Shown here in pieces: positions 30,301 to 39,600 of a DNA stretch of 64,000 nucleotides. Each line of letters begins with the position of its first letter. Positions within the stretch are counted from its first letter, which is position 1. The notes beneath the pieces were generated by a model. The model ran no database searches. It was not told the DNA's origin and saw nothing but the letters and a program-made list of their open reading frames with translations. The position numbers and the translations under genes were made by a program. The stretch is from assembly GCA_038885755.1 (NCBI GenBank), contig JAVZZH010000001.1:1-64000 (forward strand). The letters run 5' to 3'. This DNA comes from Candidatus Caldarchaeum sp. (lineage in GTDB: Archaea; Thermoproteota; Nitrososphaeria_A; Caldarchaeales; Caldarchaeaceae).

Positions 30301-31123
30301 TCGTTACATGGTACTGAAGCAGGTCGGACAGCTCCTCTATGACGGGCGACGGAGACCCCGCTCTTATGTTCTCCCGAAGCCGTTGAGCCACTCTCAAGAT
30401 GTCGACGAGCTTGTGCGTCAAGTCGTCTTCAGACCTGTACCCAGACTCCAGCGTGATCGAGGGCCTTACGTAGACTGGAGGGACGGGGAGGACGGTCAAC
30501 ACCATCCACTCAGGCCTCGACGTTTCGGGGTTTATGTCCAGCAGAATCAAGTCCGGGTCGGGTATCCTCTCCAGCCTAGCTCTCACGGTGCTGGCGTTGA
30601 GCTTCGACATGCCTGACTCTGAAACCTCTACGAAAGTCGTCGGTTTCTCAAGCTCCAGCCGAAGCTGTTTCTCGCCGCAGTGAGGACATGTCTGCTCGTT
30701 CATGGCTTTCTGCTTTATCCTGTATATCAGGTTCTTGTAAGGTTGCTTCTCTTTCTTAAGCCTAGCCAGCTCTTTGTGATACTTCTCAATAAACTCGTTT
30801 GACAGGAGTATCCTTCCGCAAGACCTGCACGTCGACCGGAGAAGCTCGTGAATGATCTTCGAGAAGCCCACGTGAATCACTGGAACGGGAAGCTCGATTC
30901 TTCCGAAGTGGCCGGGGCATCCGAGGTAGGTGTTTCCACAGGTCTTACATCTCTGGCCGGGCTCGAGTGTCCCCAGCCTCGGGTCCATCACGCTCGTCGG
31001 TATAGGCAACCCGTCCTCGTCGTAGGTGTCGGGGCTTATTATCTCGGCGACGCTCATCTTCCTGATGAGGTCGGGTGATAGGATGCCGAAGGTTATGCCG
31101 GAGACGGATGCAACGTAGCTCAT
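27335..31123 (-). CDS. rpoA: RNA polymerase subunit A (A' and A'' in one ORF)
   Basis: CPGHFG, NLSGKRVDF, NADFDGDEMN, then the A'' motifs AQSIGEPGTQLTLRTFH, GLPRLIE, DIRH in the same 1262-aa frame. Confidence 0.97.
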   Translation of the reverse strand: MSYVASVSGITFGILSPDLIRKMSVAEIISPDTYDEDGLPIPTSVMDPRLGTLEPGQRCKTCGNTYLGCPGHFGRIELPVPVIHVGFSKIIHELLRSTCRSCGRILLSNEFIEKYHKELARLKKEKQPYKNLIYRIKQKAMNEQTCPHCGEKQLRLELEKPTTFVEVSESGMSKLNASTVRARLERIPDPDLILLDINPETSRPEWMVLTVLPVPPVYVRPSITLESGYRSEDDLTHKLVDILRVAQRLRENIRAGSPSPVIEELSDLLQYHVTTYINNEAVGVSPAKHRSGRILKTLSQRLKGKEGRFRLNLSGKRVDFSARTVISPDPNIRINEVGVPLEIAMQLTVAERVTPWNIEKIRQLVRNGSDKYPGAKYIIRPDGKRVRLKFVTNLEELASALEPGYVVERHLQDGDIVLFNRQPSLHRMSIMAHYVRVLPYKTLRLNPSVCTPYNADFDGDEMNLHVPQSEEAQTEARELLVVENNIISPRYGAPIIGVIRDFLTSLYLLTKDDTMLNKSELSRLLASIKYRDEVPEPAVKEPEPLWTGKQVFSLLLPKDFNHTTKASFNNQDVVVKNGVLVAGVIDKSSVGVEKANSILHRLARDYGPETAREFLDKVVRLANTFIEMRGFSFSIDDLQVPEEIHSDIQQIFKRSDTQFARLRAEYESGEKDIPPGMTPEQAFEADVLKILSEARDGAGRLVRAKISQDSSAFIMAKTGARGTMLNIDQMIAVVGQQSVRRERIHRGFRGRVLSFFKKGDLSPRARGFVYNSFVSGLTPLEFFFHAVGGRDGLVDTAVRTQQSGYMQRRLINALESLYIEYDGTVRTADEGRIIQFAYGEDGVDPAKSDHGKAITVSNVINSVMNQVKSKEPAGEDYIRERVEKAGYMLPASLRRELMLELQKVEASRELVDLVVDETVKRYVGSLAEPGDAVGVVTAQSIGEPGTQLTLRTFHFAGVGEQSILKGLPRLIEIVDARRTPSTPIMYIPLEPEYATNLAKARKLAKQIQYTTIGDLVSGVVVNYKKSVVEFQLDEKALEEHGVSRKDIEKAVKTLQAEYDAERHILSVKLEEESFADIQRIRDRVSQVKVKGIRRIKKATVFKEKDEYVIRTEGSNLREVMDVPGVDWRRVRTNDIYEISEVLGIEAARNVIIEETKEVMEDQGLDVDIRHLLLLAEMMTVSGTVRQIGRHGVVKLKSSVLARASYEISVQTLLEAAARGEADYLRGNVERILIGREIPVGTGMVTLLMSHERGVENGSQTSS

Positions 31124-34100
31124 ATCTGCGGCTCCTCCAGTATGATTTTCGGATGTATGCCCATGCTCATCATCTCGTTTAGAAGTAGGTAAAAGGCATA
31201 AGACAGCGAAACGGCTTTGACGCGGGCGTCTTTACCGTCCACAGGGCATACGAAGCGTTCCTGCTTCAAGTCATAGTAGCATGGAAAACCGCATTTCTCG
31301 CAGAAGTAAGCCGTGTATTTGTCGCTCTGCTCCAAAAGCCGGTCCAGCAGAAGGTAGGAAGCGCCGTAGGCGATGAGGCAGTCCCGCTCCATCTCGCCGA
31401 ATTTCAAACCTCCACCCCTAGACCTTCCCTCGGTGGGCTGTCTCGTCAACATCTGCACCTGGCCTCTCGACCGTGCGTGCATCTTATCCCTTACCAGATG
31501 ATGCAGCCGTTGGTAGTAGACAACTCCCACAAAGACCTCTGCCTCGAGAGCCTCTCCCGTAAGGCCGTTGTAAAAGACTTCACGGCCGTTGCTCTTGAAA
31601 CCGAGCTTTTCAAGCTCGGACTGAAGTTCTTTTAACGGTTTCCCTAGGAAAGGAGTTCCGTCCACAAGCTCGGCCTTGATGCTTCCCAGCTTGCCGGCTA
31701 GGCTCTCGATTAGCTGGCCTATCGTCATACGGGACGGGAAGGCGTGAGGGTCTATGAGAAGGTCGGGAACTAAGCCGTCCTTGGTGTAGGGCATGTCCTC
31801 CTGAGGAAGCAGCATCCCCACGACTCCCTTCTGGCCGTGTCTGGAGGAAAACTTGTCGCCTATCTCGGAGAAGCACGTCGACCTAACCTTGGCCTTGACC
31901 AGCTTGTTTCCGTCTGAGTTGACCGTGATGAATATGTTCTCCACGGTGCCTGACTCGGAGGGCTGCACGGTTTCTGAAGAGTCCCGCCACACCATCTCCC
32001 TAGTCGGTACTCTCTGGTACTCCTCCAAGAACCTAGGCGGGCTCATCATGCCGACGATTACAGTGCCTCCCGAGACGTCTGACTCGATGTGGGCGAAACC
32101 ATCTCTGTCGAGAACCCGGTAGTATTGCTCGCCCTTGTATCCTCTGACGGATGGGTCGGGTATCCCGAACTTGTCCCGCTGCCCTCCGGGGCTTTGACGT
32201 GCCTCAACCTCATAGGTCCTCCAGCTCAGCGAAAGCCCCAGACCTCTCTCGACCGAAGACCTGTTCAGAACAACTGCGTCCTCCATGTTGTAGCCCTGCC
32301 CCGTCAGTATAGCCACCACCATGTTCTGTCCAGAGGGCCGTGTGTTCATGCCCACGTAGTCTGAGCCACGCGTCGTGACTATCGGTTTCTGAGGGTAGAC
32401 GAGCAGGTGGCTTCGTGAGTCTGTCCTGAGGGAGTAGTTTGAAGCGAATAATCCTAGGGCCTGCTTTCCCATAGCTCCTTCGTAGACGTTTCTCGGAGAC
32501 TGGTTGTGCTCAGCGTAGGGGATTATGGAGGCCGCCACACCCAGCATGCCGTAGGGGCATATCTCCAGATGCGTGTGCTCGTTCTTGAGCTCTTCAGCCG
32601 ACAGCGCCACGTAGGCGTTCTCCTCCTCTTCAGCGTCCAAGAACTCTATTATGCCGAGGCTTACGAGGTCTCTGAAGCGTGAGGTTTGGCGTTTGATGAG
32701 TTCTACGTGCTGCTTCTGGATGGCTGGCTGGCCGTTCTCGACTATGATTAGAGGCCTGCGCACCCTTCCCTCGTCTGTGTTGATGACGACCTCCTGAACG
32801 TGCTGGTAAGTGTACAAGGCGACGTTGATGTTCTGGCTGATGACGCCCTCACGTCTAAGTCTTCTCAGCTCGTTGACCAAAGCCGCTGCGTTGCTGTGAT
32901 ACCCCTCCAACACGCCGTCTACGAAAACCTTCGCCGGGGGAGGAGGCTTTTTCTTCGCGATGACCTCGGTGATAGGTATGACGTTGAGCTGGAAAAGCTT
33001 GTCCCTCAGCTCTTTCTTGTTGCCTTGGAAGGACAGCTCCGCTGAAAGGGCTAGGTTCTTGACCAGCCCTGCGTTGCTCCCCTCGGGTGTTTCGCATGGA
33101 CACAGCCTTCCCCAGTGCGTTCCGTGAAGGTCTCTCGCCTCGAAGTGAGGCTGTCCCCGGCTGAGCGGCGACTGGACGCGTCTCAGATGGCTTAAGGTTG
33201 CCATGTAGTTGGTCCTGTTAAGGAGCTGCGTGACGCCCACCCTGCCTCCCGGCCAGTTTCCGGTTGCGAGGGCGTGTCTCACGTATTCCGAAACGATCCC
33301 GGGCCTCACGTAGGTCGCTATCTGGAGAGGCTGCCTCGTCGGGATGATGCGCTCCAGCTGGTACTTGAGGTCTCGGAGAAGCTTGACGAACGCCATCCGG
33401 TAGAGCTCGGTGAGGAGAGCTGACTCGAGCTTAAGCCTCTTGTTTGCGTAGTGGTCTCGGTCGTCGGGCTCCCTCAACCCAAGGCTTGTCTCTATCACTC
33501 TCCCGATCATTTCACATAGATGAATCGCTTTCTTCATCCTCGCGGCTTTATTCGTCCCCAGATGGATGAGGAACATCGAGTCGATCGTCTGCTCCGCTTT
33601 CTCAAGCCTGTATTCCTCGGCGTATCCGAAGGCTATCCTGCTGCCGATGTAGTCGAGTGCCTGCTCGGTTGTCTCTATTCCTTCAGCCTCTTGGAAGCTT
33701 GGCTCGAGAAGCTCTTGAACCTCTTTGAGCGGCGATATTGTGTTGGCTATTTCGAGGTCTTTAGTCATTCCCAGAGCCCTCAGCATGATTATGGCTGGAA
33801 CACCCTTGTAGATGCGTGAGAAGAATACCTTGACAGGGTTGTCCTTACGGTAGCTAACCTCCACCCTTACCTGACGACCGTGAGCTGCGGAAAGAACCAC
33901 GGCGGAGTACTGGGGCTTTCCATCCCCCTCCTTATGCGTCACTATTATCCTGTTAGGGGCCAGGTCCTCGATCGCGACTATCACTCTCTCAGAACCGTTT
34001 ATGATGAAGTAGCCTCCCGGGTCCAGCGGGTCTTCGCCTACCGCCATCAACTCCTCCGGAGTCATCTTGGACAGAGGGCATATGTCCGACTTTACGAGAA

Positions 34101-34473
34101 CGGGTATGTTTCCAACCCAGACTGTTTCGGGAGCGGCTAGGGGTTTGCCGTCCAAGAATATCCTCATCTTTACGTACAGCGGAGCCTCGTACGTGAGGTT
34201 CCTCAGCCTAGCTTCCGAAGGATACAGTTCTTGAGGAGTCGGGGCCAAGACCTCTCTCTTCACAGGCTTGCCGACTTCAACCTGCTCGAACTTCACCGTC
34301 ACTATTCCGTGCCTTGTCTTGATCTCCTGCTCGCCCAGCGAGTTGATCAGCTCCTGCAGCCCCTCCCTTATGAAGTAGTTGTAGGACTTTATGTGGTGCT
34401 GGACTAGGCCTTCCTCGTCTAGGTAGGACTTGAAGACCTCCCATAGGTCGTCTTTACTCAGCTGGTATGACGT
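31120..34473 (-). CDS. rpoB: RNA polymerase subunit B (unsplit); start probably ACG at 34473
   Basis: GGYFIINGSERV, CETPEG, GDKFSSRHGQKG, RQPTEGR, GEMERDC; conserved N-terminal GLVQHHIKSYNYF lies upstream of the ORF-track start. Confidence 0.96.
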   Translation of the reverse strand, partial: TSYQLSKDDLWEVFKSYLDEEGLVQHHIKSYNYFIREGLQELINSLGEQEIKTRHGIVTVKFEQVEVGKPVKREVLAPTPQELYPSEARLRNLTYEAPLYVKMRIFLDGKPLAAPETVWVGNIPVLVKSDICPLSKMTPEELMAVGEDPLDPGGYFIINGSERVIVAIEDLAPNRIIVTHKEGDGKPQYSAVVLSAAHGRQVRVEVSYRKDNPVKVFFSRIYKGVPAIIMLRALGMTKDLEIANTISPLKEVQELLEPSFQEAEGIETTEQALDYIGSRIAFGYAEEYRLEKAEQTIDSMFLIHLGTNKAARMKKAIHLCEMIGRVIETSLGLREPDDRDHYANKRLKLESALLTELYRMAFVKLLRDLKYQLERIIPTRQPLQIATYVRPGIVSEYVRHALATGNWPGGRVGVTQLLNRTNYMATLSHLRRVQSPLSRGQPHFEARDLHGTHWGRLCPCETPEGSNAGLVKNLALSAELSFQGNKKELRDKLFQLNVIPITEVIAKKKPPPPAKVFVDGVLEGYHSNAAALVNELRRLRREGVISQNINVALYTYQHVQEVVINTDEGRVRRPLIIVENGQPAIQKQHVELIKRQTSRFRDLVSLGIIEFLDAEEEENAYVALSAEELKNEHTHLEICPYGMLGVAASIIPYAEHNQSPRNVYEGAMGKQALGLFASNYSLRTDSRSHLLVYPQKPIVTTRGSDYVGMNTRPSGQNMVVAILTGQGYNMEDAVVLNRSSVERGLGLSLSWRTYEVEARQSPGGQRDKFGIPDPSVRGYKGEQYYRVLDRDGFAHIESDVSGGTVIVGMMSPPRFLEEYQRVPTREMVWRDSSETVQPSESGTVENIFITVNSDGNKLVKAKVRSTCFSEIGDKFSSRHGQKGVVGMLLPQEDMPYTKDGLVPDLLIDPHAFPSRMTIGQLIESLAGKLGSIKAELVDGTPFLGKPLKELQSELEKLGFKSNGREVFYNGLTGEALEAEVFVGVVYYQRLHHLVRDKMHARSRGQVQMLTRQPTEGRSRGGGLKFGEMERDCLIAYGASYLLLDRLLEQSDKYTAYFCEKCGFPCYYDLKQERFVCPVDGKDARVKAVSLSYAFYLLLNEMMSMGIHPKIILEEPQI

Positions 34474-34739
34474 TAGCCCTCACCCCAGACGACTCGGTAG
34501 TATACTGCTTCTCCAGCTGTTTCAGAGACTCGTGTTATTTTAATCAGGTCTCCCACCTTTGCCTTAAGCTTCTTGACCATCGGGTCCGACGGCAGGATGT
34601 ACGGCAGCTTGTCGGGAGTGACGCCTAGGCGTTTGAGAAGCTCCTCGGCCTCCGCCTGCGGCAACACCTCGTGCTTCGGAACAAGCACGTGCTCGGCTAT
34701 GTTCTTCTCAACAGTTGTCTCCTGTTTCTGCTTAGCCAT
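34473..34739 (-). CDS. rpoH: RNA polymerase subunit H (Rpo5)
   Basis: HVLVPKH, LP.I..SDP, GDLIKITR.SETAG..VYYRVV. Confidence 0.96.
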   Translation of the reverse strand: MAKQKQETTVEKNIAEHVLVPKHEVLPQAEAEELLKRLGVTPDKLPYILPSDPMVKKLKAKVGDLIKITRVSETAGEAVYYRVVWGEG

Positions 34740-34843
34740 ACTTACCACCTGAAAACATTCAAGCTAGTTGATGAAAACCTCTGGCTATTAATAAGCCTTG
34801 AGTCGAGCAAACTTTTAAGAAACTCCTACAGCGTCAAACAAGT

Positions 34844-34921
34844 GGGCCCATAGCTCAGTCAGGTTAGAGCGGCCGGCTCTTAACCGGCAGGTCGCGGGAT
34901 CAAAGCCCGCTGGGCCCGCCA
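34844..34921 (+). tRNA. tRNA-Lys(CTT), CCA encoded
   Basis: Acceptor GGGCCCA/TGGGCCC, anticodon arm GCCGG-CTCTTAA-CCGGC, T arm GCGGG-ATCAAAG-CCCGC; TTTTAAG box upstream. Confidence 0.93.
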
Positions 34922-34974
34922 TATATCGTTGAAAGCATGTCAGAATTTCTCGCTGAATGCTGCGACTATCGTGA

Positions 34975-35739
34975 TTAGGCGGTGTAGGCTCGGCCTCTGT
35001 GTGTTTTAACCTTCTTGATTATTTCAGGAAGTTTTTCAAGGTTCTTCTCAGCCGCCGTCCCCGTCACCACTATGTCCGCCCCGGCTTCCGTCACCATGGC
35101 AGCGTCCTCAGCCGTCCTTATTCCACCTCCCACGATCACGGGAATGTCGACGGATTGTTTAACGGCTTTAATGGTTTCGGGCGGCAGGGGAGAAGCCGCT
35201 CCCGAGCCAGCTTCTAGGTAGAGGAAACGCATGCCTAGAAACTGTGCGGCCAGCCCGTAGCATGCAGCTACTTCACGGTGGTTCGGAGACAGGGGTAGGA
35301 CACGTCCCATGGCCGCGACAGTGCTTTCATGGCCGAAGACGACGTAGCCCATCGGTATCGCCTCGAGGTTGAATTGCTTGACTGTCAACGCCCCCTGAAG
35401 ATGCGCCCCCACAATATAATACCAGTCGATGCTGTTCAAAAGACTCATGAACCATATGGCGTCAGCATACCTCGAGATTGACTGGACGTTGTTCGGGAAG
35501 ATGATGACCGGCTTGTCCGTCATCCTCTTAATCTCCTTGATGTAGCTGTCGAGATGCTCCTGAGTATGGACTGTCGACCCACCAACCATGACGGCGTCAG
35601 AACCAAGCCTGCCGACGTAGCCAGCCAGCTCCCCCGCCCTCTCGAAAGACAAGTTCAACGGGTCGATCAAAGTCATGTGAAGCTTCTCACCCTGCTCCAG
35701 CTTCGAAACCAGATACTGCTCAACCCTGCCCCGTCTCAA
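34975..35739 (-). CDS. Geranylgeranylglyceryl phosphate synthase (group II)
   Basis: HMTLIDP, VMVGGS, FMSLLNS, YLEAGSGA, VGGGIR, VVTGT; TTG start proposed at 35739. Confidence 0.93.
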   Translation of the reverse strand: MRRGRVEQYLVSKLEQGEKLHMTLIDPLNLSFERAGELAGYVGRLGSDAVMVGGSTVHTQEHLDSYIKEIKRMTDKPVIIFPNNVQSISRYADAIWFMSLLNSIDWYYIVGAHLQGALTVKQFNLEAIPMGYVVFGHESTVAAMGRVLPLSPNHREVAACYGLAAQFLGMRFLYLEAGSGAASPLPPETIKAVKQSVDIPVIVGGGIRTAEDAAMVTEAGADIVVTGTAAEKNLEKLPEIIKKVKTHRGRAYTA

Positions 35740-35977
35740 AAGCCTGCTCCCCTCTCGAAACCCTGTCATACCACTTTGTGTAGGCATCAACAACGCTGTA
35801 GGCAGGGTACCATGGAACACTGCCAGAAGCCCCACAACCACCGCAGACAACTTCAGCCGCTTCCGCGTTCTTCTCATGCTTGACCGTGACAGCGGTTGCT
35901 CCGCAAACAGGGCACGGGAATATGTTGGGAAACGGTTTAGGAGCCTTCTTGATTATCTTCCTCCTCTTCCTCCCCAT
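35720..35977 (-). CDS. elf1: Transcription elongation factor Elf1
   Basis: MGRKRRK, FPCPVCG, VCGGCG, VDAYTKWYD. Confidence 0.88.
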   Translation of the reverse strand: MGRKRRKIIKKAPKPFPNIFPCPVCGATAVTVKHEKNAEAAEVVCGGCGASGSVPWYPAYSVVDAYTKWYDRVSRGEQAFETGQG

Positions 35978-36028
35978 CGGCGGTCTGGAAAAACTTAACA
36001 TATTTGATGGATTTAAACCCGACTGGGT

Positions 36029-36649
36029 ATGAGGAGGCCGAGGCTTTTCCAAGAAAAGAAGATCAGGCTGGCTGTGCTGACGAAGGACTTTAGGCTGGCT
36101 GCTCAAGTGGTCGAGGAGGCGGCGAGAAGAGGCCTGAGGGCGGACCACGTAATCGACCCGGCTGAAATACCTCTCTCGGCCAAGGCCGTGGTCATGAAGA
36201 AGGGGGAGTTCGGCGCGGTGAGCCGTCCACCAGCCCTGTACGCGGACGACTTCGTCTCAACAACATCGCTCGTCGACAGAGCCGTCGAGCTGGCCTATTC
36301 GAAGAAAACAGTTCGGAACGCAGTGATAGCCGTCGACCCGGGCAAAACAATCGGAGCCGCATACATGGCCGACGAACTCCTCCTCAGAACCGAGTCCTAC
36401 ACAGACCTGCACAGGTTCAGCCAGAGCGTCGCCGAGTTCTTCGAAACCCATCCAAACTCGAGACAGACAGTCCTGCTCGGCTCCGGAGCGCCGGAGTTCC
36501 GTGAGGAAATACTACGGGACATTCGTTCAAAAACACCTGCCGCAGTCGTCAAAAACGTCTCGGAAAAAAACACGTCAAAACTCTCCGGAGGAATCGACGA
36601 GCTTGCAGCAGCCATGCTGCCCAGAATGAAGCGACGTTCCGGAAAGTGA
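36029..36649 (+). CDS. Protein with C-terminal RNase H-fold (YqgF/RuvX-like) domain
   Basis: IAVDPGKTIGAA, LLGSG, VSEKNTS and DELAAA spacing resemble the YqgF-like acidic residues. Confidence 0.55.
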   Translation: MRRPRLFQEKKIRLAVLTKDFRLAAQVVEEAARRGLRADHVIDPAEIPLSAKAVVMKKGEFGAVSRPPALYADDFVSTTSLVDRAVELAYSKKTVRNAVIAVDPGKTIGAAYMADELLLRTESYTDLHRFSQSVAEFFETHPNSRQTVLLGSGAPEFREEILRDIRSKTPAAVVKNVSEKNTSKLSGGIDELAAAMLPRMKRRSGK

Positions 36650-36655
36650 TGGAGG

Positions 36656-37795
36656 GTGCGGCTTCCATCCGGCAAGACTTTGCTCATAAACGGCCCGGCT
36701 GTCATGAAAGTTTTGGAAGGCGAGGCCTCTATACTGAACTGCTCCCTAAAACAGAACAGAGAATACTTTCTCAGGCCTTGGAATAGATATCCGGTCTACG
36801 CTCATTCGGACTGCGAGCTCGGCTTGCGGATGGGGGAGGACTCGAGGGCCGAAGTGGTGGAGAGAGACGACACCGTCGACCTATGGCTGAGCAGAGTCAA
36901 CGAATGGAATGCCGGCGAGGTTGTGGGAGTGCTTGGAGGCGTTGACTCGGGGAAAACATCGTTCACAACCCTCGCAGTAAACACGCTTTCACGAAAGTTC
37001 GGCAAAGCACTCGTGCTCTCGCTCGACCCCGGCCAGACATACGTCTCTCCCCCCACACTGGTCTCCGCAACCGAGTTGACAAAATGCGTCCACGACCTTG
37101 CTGAATGCAAGCCTTGCTGGCTGAGGCCTGTCGGCTCGACGTCAGCGGCGAAGGCCGCGGCTGAGGTTTTGAAGGCCGCTGCGGAGTTTTCAGAGGCTTG
37201 GTCTAGAGACGTCTCGATGATAGTCGACATGGATGGCTGGGTTGACGACGGTGCCGCGGCCGCCCACAAGGCCGCTGTCCTGAAAACTCTAGGCTGCAGC
37301 AAGGCCGTCATACTGGGCGATGGTCTGGATAGGCTTCGACAGACACTCGAAACCACGGGGATTGAGGTTGTTTGTCTCCCCTCTTCCAAAAACGCGAAGG
37401 CAAGGGACAGCGCTGAGAGGAGAAAGATAAGGGAGTGGTTTTTCAGGAAACATCTAGGAAGTACAACTCTGAGGCTGATTCCAGCCACGTGGGTTAAGCT
37501 CGCCGTGGTTGGCTACGACGACCAAAAACCCCTAGAATACCTGAGAGACGTCTCCCAGAGGCTGGCAGCCACAGCCGAAGACCTTACGTCGAATCTTTGC
37601 AGAAACAGGACGGGGGTGATAGCCTACCTCTACGATGACCAGAAAAACTACAGGGGCATCGGGATAGTCTGCGGCTACGACTCGCAGAGAGCCGCCCTCA
37701 AGATTCTAACAGCGGTTGAGTCAGGCGTCAGATGGATATGGCTCGGCCGCATCGTTATAACGGCTGAGGGCGAGGAGATACTCGTCCTAGACTGA
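36656..37795 (+). CDS. Clp1/Grc3-family polynucleotide 5'-OH kinase
   Basis: GKTLLINGPA, GGVDSGKTS, LDPGQ..SPPT, VDMDGWV, RDSAERRKIRE. Confidence 0.85.
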   Translation: MRLPSGKTLLINGPAVMKVLEGEASILNCSLKQNREYFLRPWNRYPVYAHSDCELGLRMGEDSRAEVVERDDTVDLWLSRVNEWNAGEVVGVLGGVDSGKTSFTTLAVNTLSRKFGKALVLSLDPGQTYVSPPTLVSATELTKCVHDLAECKPCWLRPVGSTSAAKAAAEVLKAAAEFSEAWSRDVSMIVDMDGWVDDGAAAAHKAAVLKTLGCSKAVILGDGLDRLRQTLETTGIEVVCLPSSKNAKARDSAERRKIREWFFRKHLGSTTLRLIPATWVKLAVVGYDDQKPLEYLRDVSQRLAATAEDLTSNLCRNRTGVIAYLYDDQKNYRGIGIVCGYDSQRAALKILTAVESGVRWIWLGRIVITAEGEEILVLD

Positions 37796-38344
37796 TTTTA
37801 TGGGTTTGACGATGCTCCTTCGATGAAGAGCCGGGACATTACCTGCACAGATGGCAGCAACATCGCCGGCTTTGAAAGGACCGTAGCTCTGCAGGTCCTC
37901 TCCCACAAACTTTGGAAAATCCTTGAGGAAAACAACAACCTCATGCCTGTGCTCCGTTTCGTGGACCAGACTTCTCGGGTCGTTGAGACCGTTCATGATT
38001 TTAGACTCATGCTGCATCAGAATTCTCTGAACGGTGTTGAACGTCTTCTTCTCAAAAGGCAGCACGTTGTCTATGCTGGAAGCCTTGCTCGCCAGAGCCA
38101 TTATCCTCCTCATCCTTGTCCTCAACAGCGACTGCATTATTTTCTGCATCATCTCTAGTTCAGCAAGCCTGAGCTTGGTGTTTACAGAGTTTCGGTCGCT
38201 CAGACGCACCTGTCTCTTCACGACTGCGAAGTACTCCGCCAAATCGTTCAAGAGCTCTTCCGGAATCTTGACAAGCTCCTCGCTCGTCCTCTGCCTCTGC
38301 CAGAGCTCATAAAGCCTTTCGTAGACTTCCTCCATCCACGCCAT
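37787..38344 (-). CDS. GINS subunit (Gins15/51-type)
   Basis: Helical A domain with R.RRI, B domain FVGEDLQSYGPFKAGDVA; adjacent to priS. Confidence 0.8.
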   Translation of the reverse strand: MAWMEEVYERLYELWQRQRTSEELVKIPEELLNDLAEYFAVVKRQVRLSDRNSVNTKLRLAELEMMQKIMQSLLRTRMRRIMALASKASSIDNVLPFEKKTFNTVQRILMQHESKIMNGLNDPRSLVHETEHRHEVVVFLKDFPKFVGEDLQSYGPFKAGDVAAICAGNVPALHRRSIVKPIKSV

Positions 38345-38361
38345 ACTGCTTAACAGGTGGA

Positions 38362-39600
38362 TTAATGTTTAACCAAGCTAGCTAAGCCTCTGCACATCAG
38401 ATAAGCCGCTGCGAATGCCGGAACCTTAACACGTTCACCAGCCTTGTATGGGCCGAGGTTGAGACCGCCTAGCTCGAACGCCGGTGTTGGAAGAAGCTGC
38501 ACCTCAACAGGCTCGTCGCTCAAGACGACAGCGTCAACCAAAGGGTTGAAATCGTCGAGATCGTGGACTTGACAGGCAGACAAACCAGTCTTCCCGTTAA
38601 TGGTGTCGGTAAGCCTCAGCAACCTATGGACATCCGTCGACACTACTGTGTCGACATGGGATGCGTTTTCTTCTAGAACAATCTTCAGCAAGGACTGGAG
38701 CTGCGGTGAGCTTCGGCTATTCTTCAGCAGATGCCACATAGGTTTTTCAACCCAGTGCTTGGCTATTTCAGCCATGTATACGACGTCCCTTGTCTTCAGG
38801 AGGCGTGAAGCTTTACTTCTCGCTTCTTCGTCGCCAGCGGCCAGCCGGTTCAAAAAATCACGACAGCCTCTCGCCAGCCTTCCAGCCCACCCGCGGTCCC
38901 CATAGCCTGGCCCATCACCGGTCCTTGGGCTTGAGGAAAGTCCGTAGAACCTGACGTCTAGATGAGAGGCAGAGATGTACTCCACAACCTCCTGCCGAGC
39001 AGCTCGGTCGAGGCCCATAACATATTCGCCAGCCACGGCCAGATGATATCCGCGGTTGCCTGAAAAGCTGAGAGTCATCAACGACGCGCTCAGCCCAAAG
39101 TCTTCAATCAAGAAGTCAAGAAGCTTCTTCATCTCTCTCCTAGCCACGCCCAGACAGTTGTTGCACACCATGTTTATCTCAGCCAAGGCGCTACCGCAGG
39201 ACTTGCAGCTGGCTGCCTGCTCCGAATAGACTGAACCGCATCCGCTGCAGACGAAGTAGTCATGAAACCGTCTACAACTAGTCTCGAGATGGTCGGCGTC
39301 TATGTCGAAGATTAACTCTGCAGCCAGCCAGCCCTTCTCCTCCATCGGAGCCTGTGGATATTGGTAGAGGGCGGCTGAACGGTAGACGTGGAGGGGGACT
39401 TCCCTGACTAGAGTTTTCCTGAGCTCGTCAAAGGTTTTGAAAGAGAGGTGTCGGACCATGATTTTTCGCTCGAACGGTGTGTAGCCGAACTCGCGTTTCT
39501 CCAGGCTTTCAGGCCGGTAGGGGTTTGCGTAGCTGTGTTCGTAGTAGTTTTGGAACAGGCGTTGAACGAAGCGTGCTTCAGCCAGCCCTCTGAAGCTCAT
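38362..39600 (-). CDS. priS: DNA primase small (catalytic) subunit
   Basis: KREFG, RHLSF, ELIFDIDAD, FSGNRGYH, D.HRLLR...INGKTG. Confidence 0.93.
   Translation of the reverse strand: MSFRGLAEARFVQRLFQNYYEHSYANPYRPESLEKREFGYTPFERKIMVRHLSFKTFDELRKTLVREVPLHVYRSAALYQYPQAPMEEKGWLAAELIFDIDADHLETSCRRFHDYFVCSGCGSVYSEQAASCKSCGSALAEINMVCNNCLGVARREMKKLLDFLIEDFGLSASLMTLSFSGNRGYHLAVAGEYVMGLDRAARQEVVEYISASHLDVRFYGLSSSPRTGDGPGYGDRGWAGRLARGCRDFLNRLAAGDEEARSKASRLLKTRDVVYMAEIAKHWVEKPMWHLLKNSRSSPQLQSLLKIVLEENASHVDTVVSTDVHRLLRLTDTINGKTGLSACQVHDLDDFNPLVDAVVLSDEPVEVQLLPTPAFELGGLNLGPYKAGERVKVPAFAAAYLMCRGLASLVKH

Noticed and set aside
27335-31123. Fused rpoA'/A'' as a novelty
   Set aside because: An established trait of Thaum/Aig/Korarchaeota; used only for taxonomy
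35740-36148. Long N-terminal extensions of the GGGPS and Elf1 ORFs
   Set aside because: They overlap neighbouring real genes; homology starts downstream
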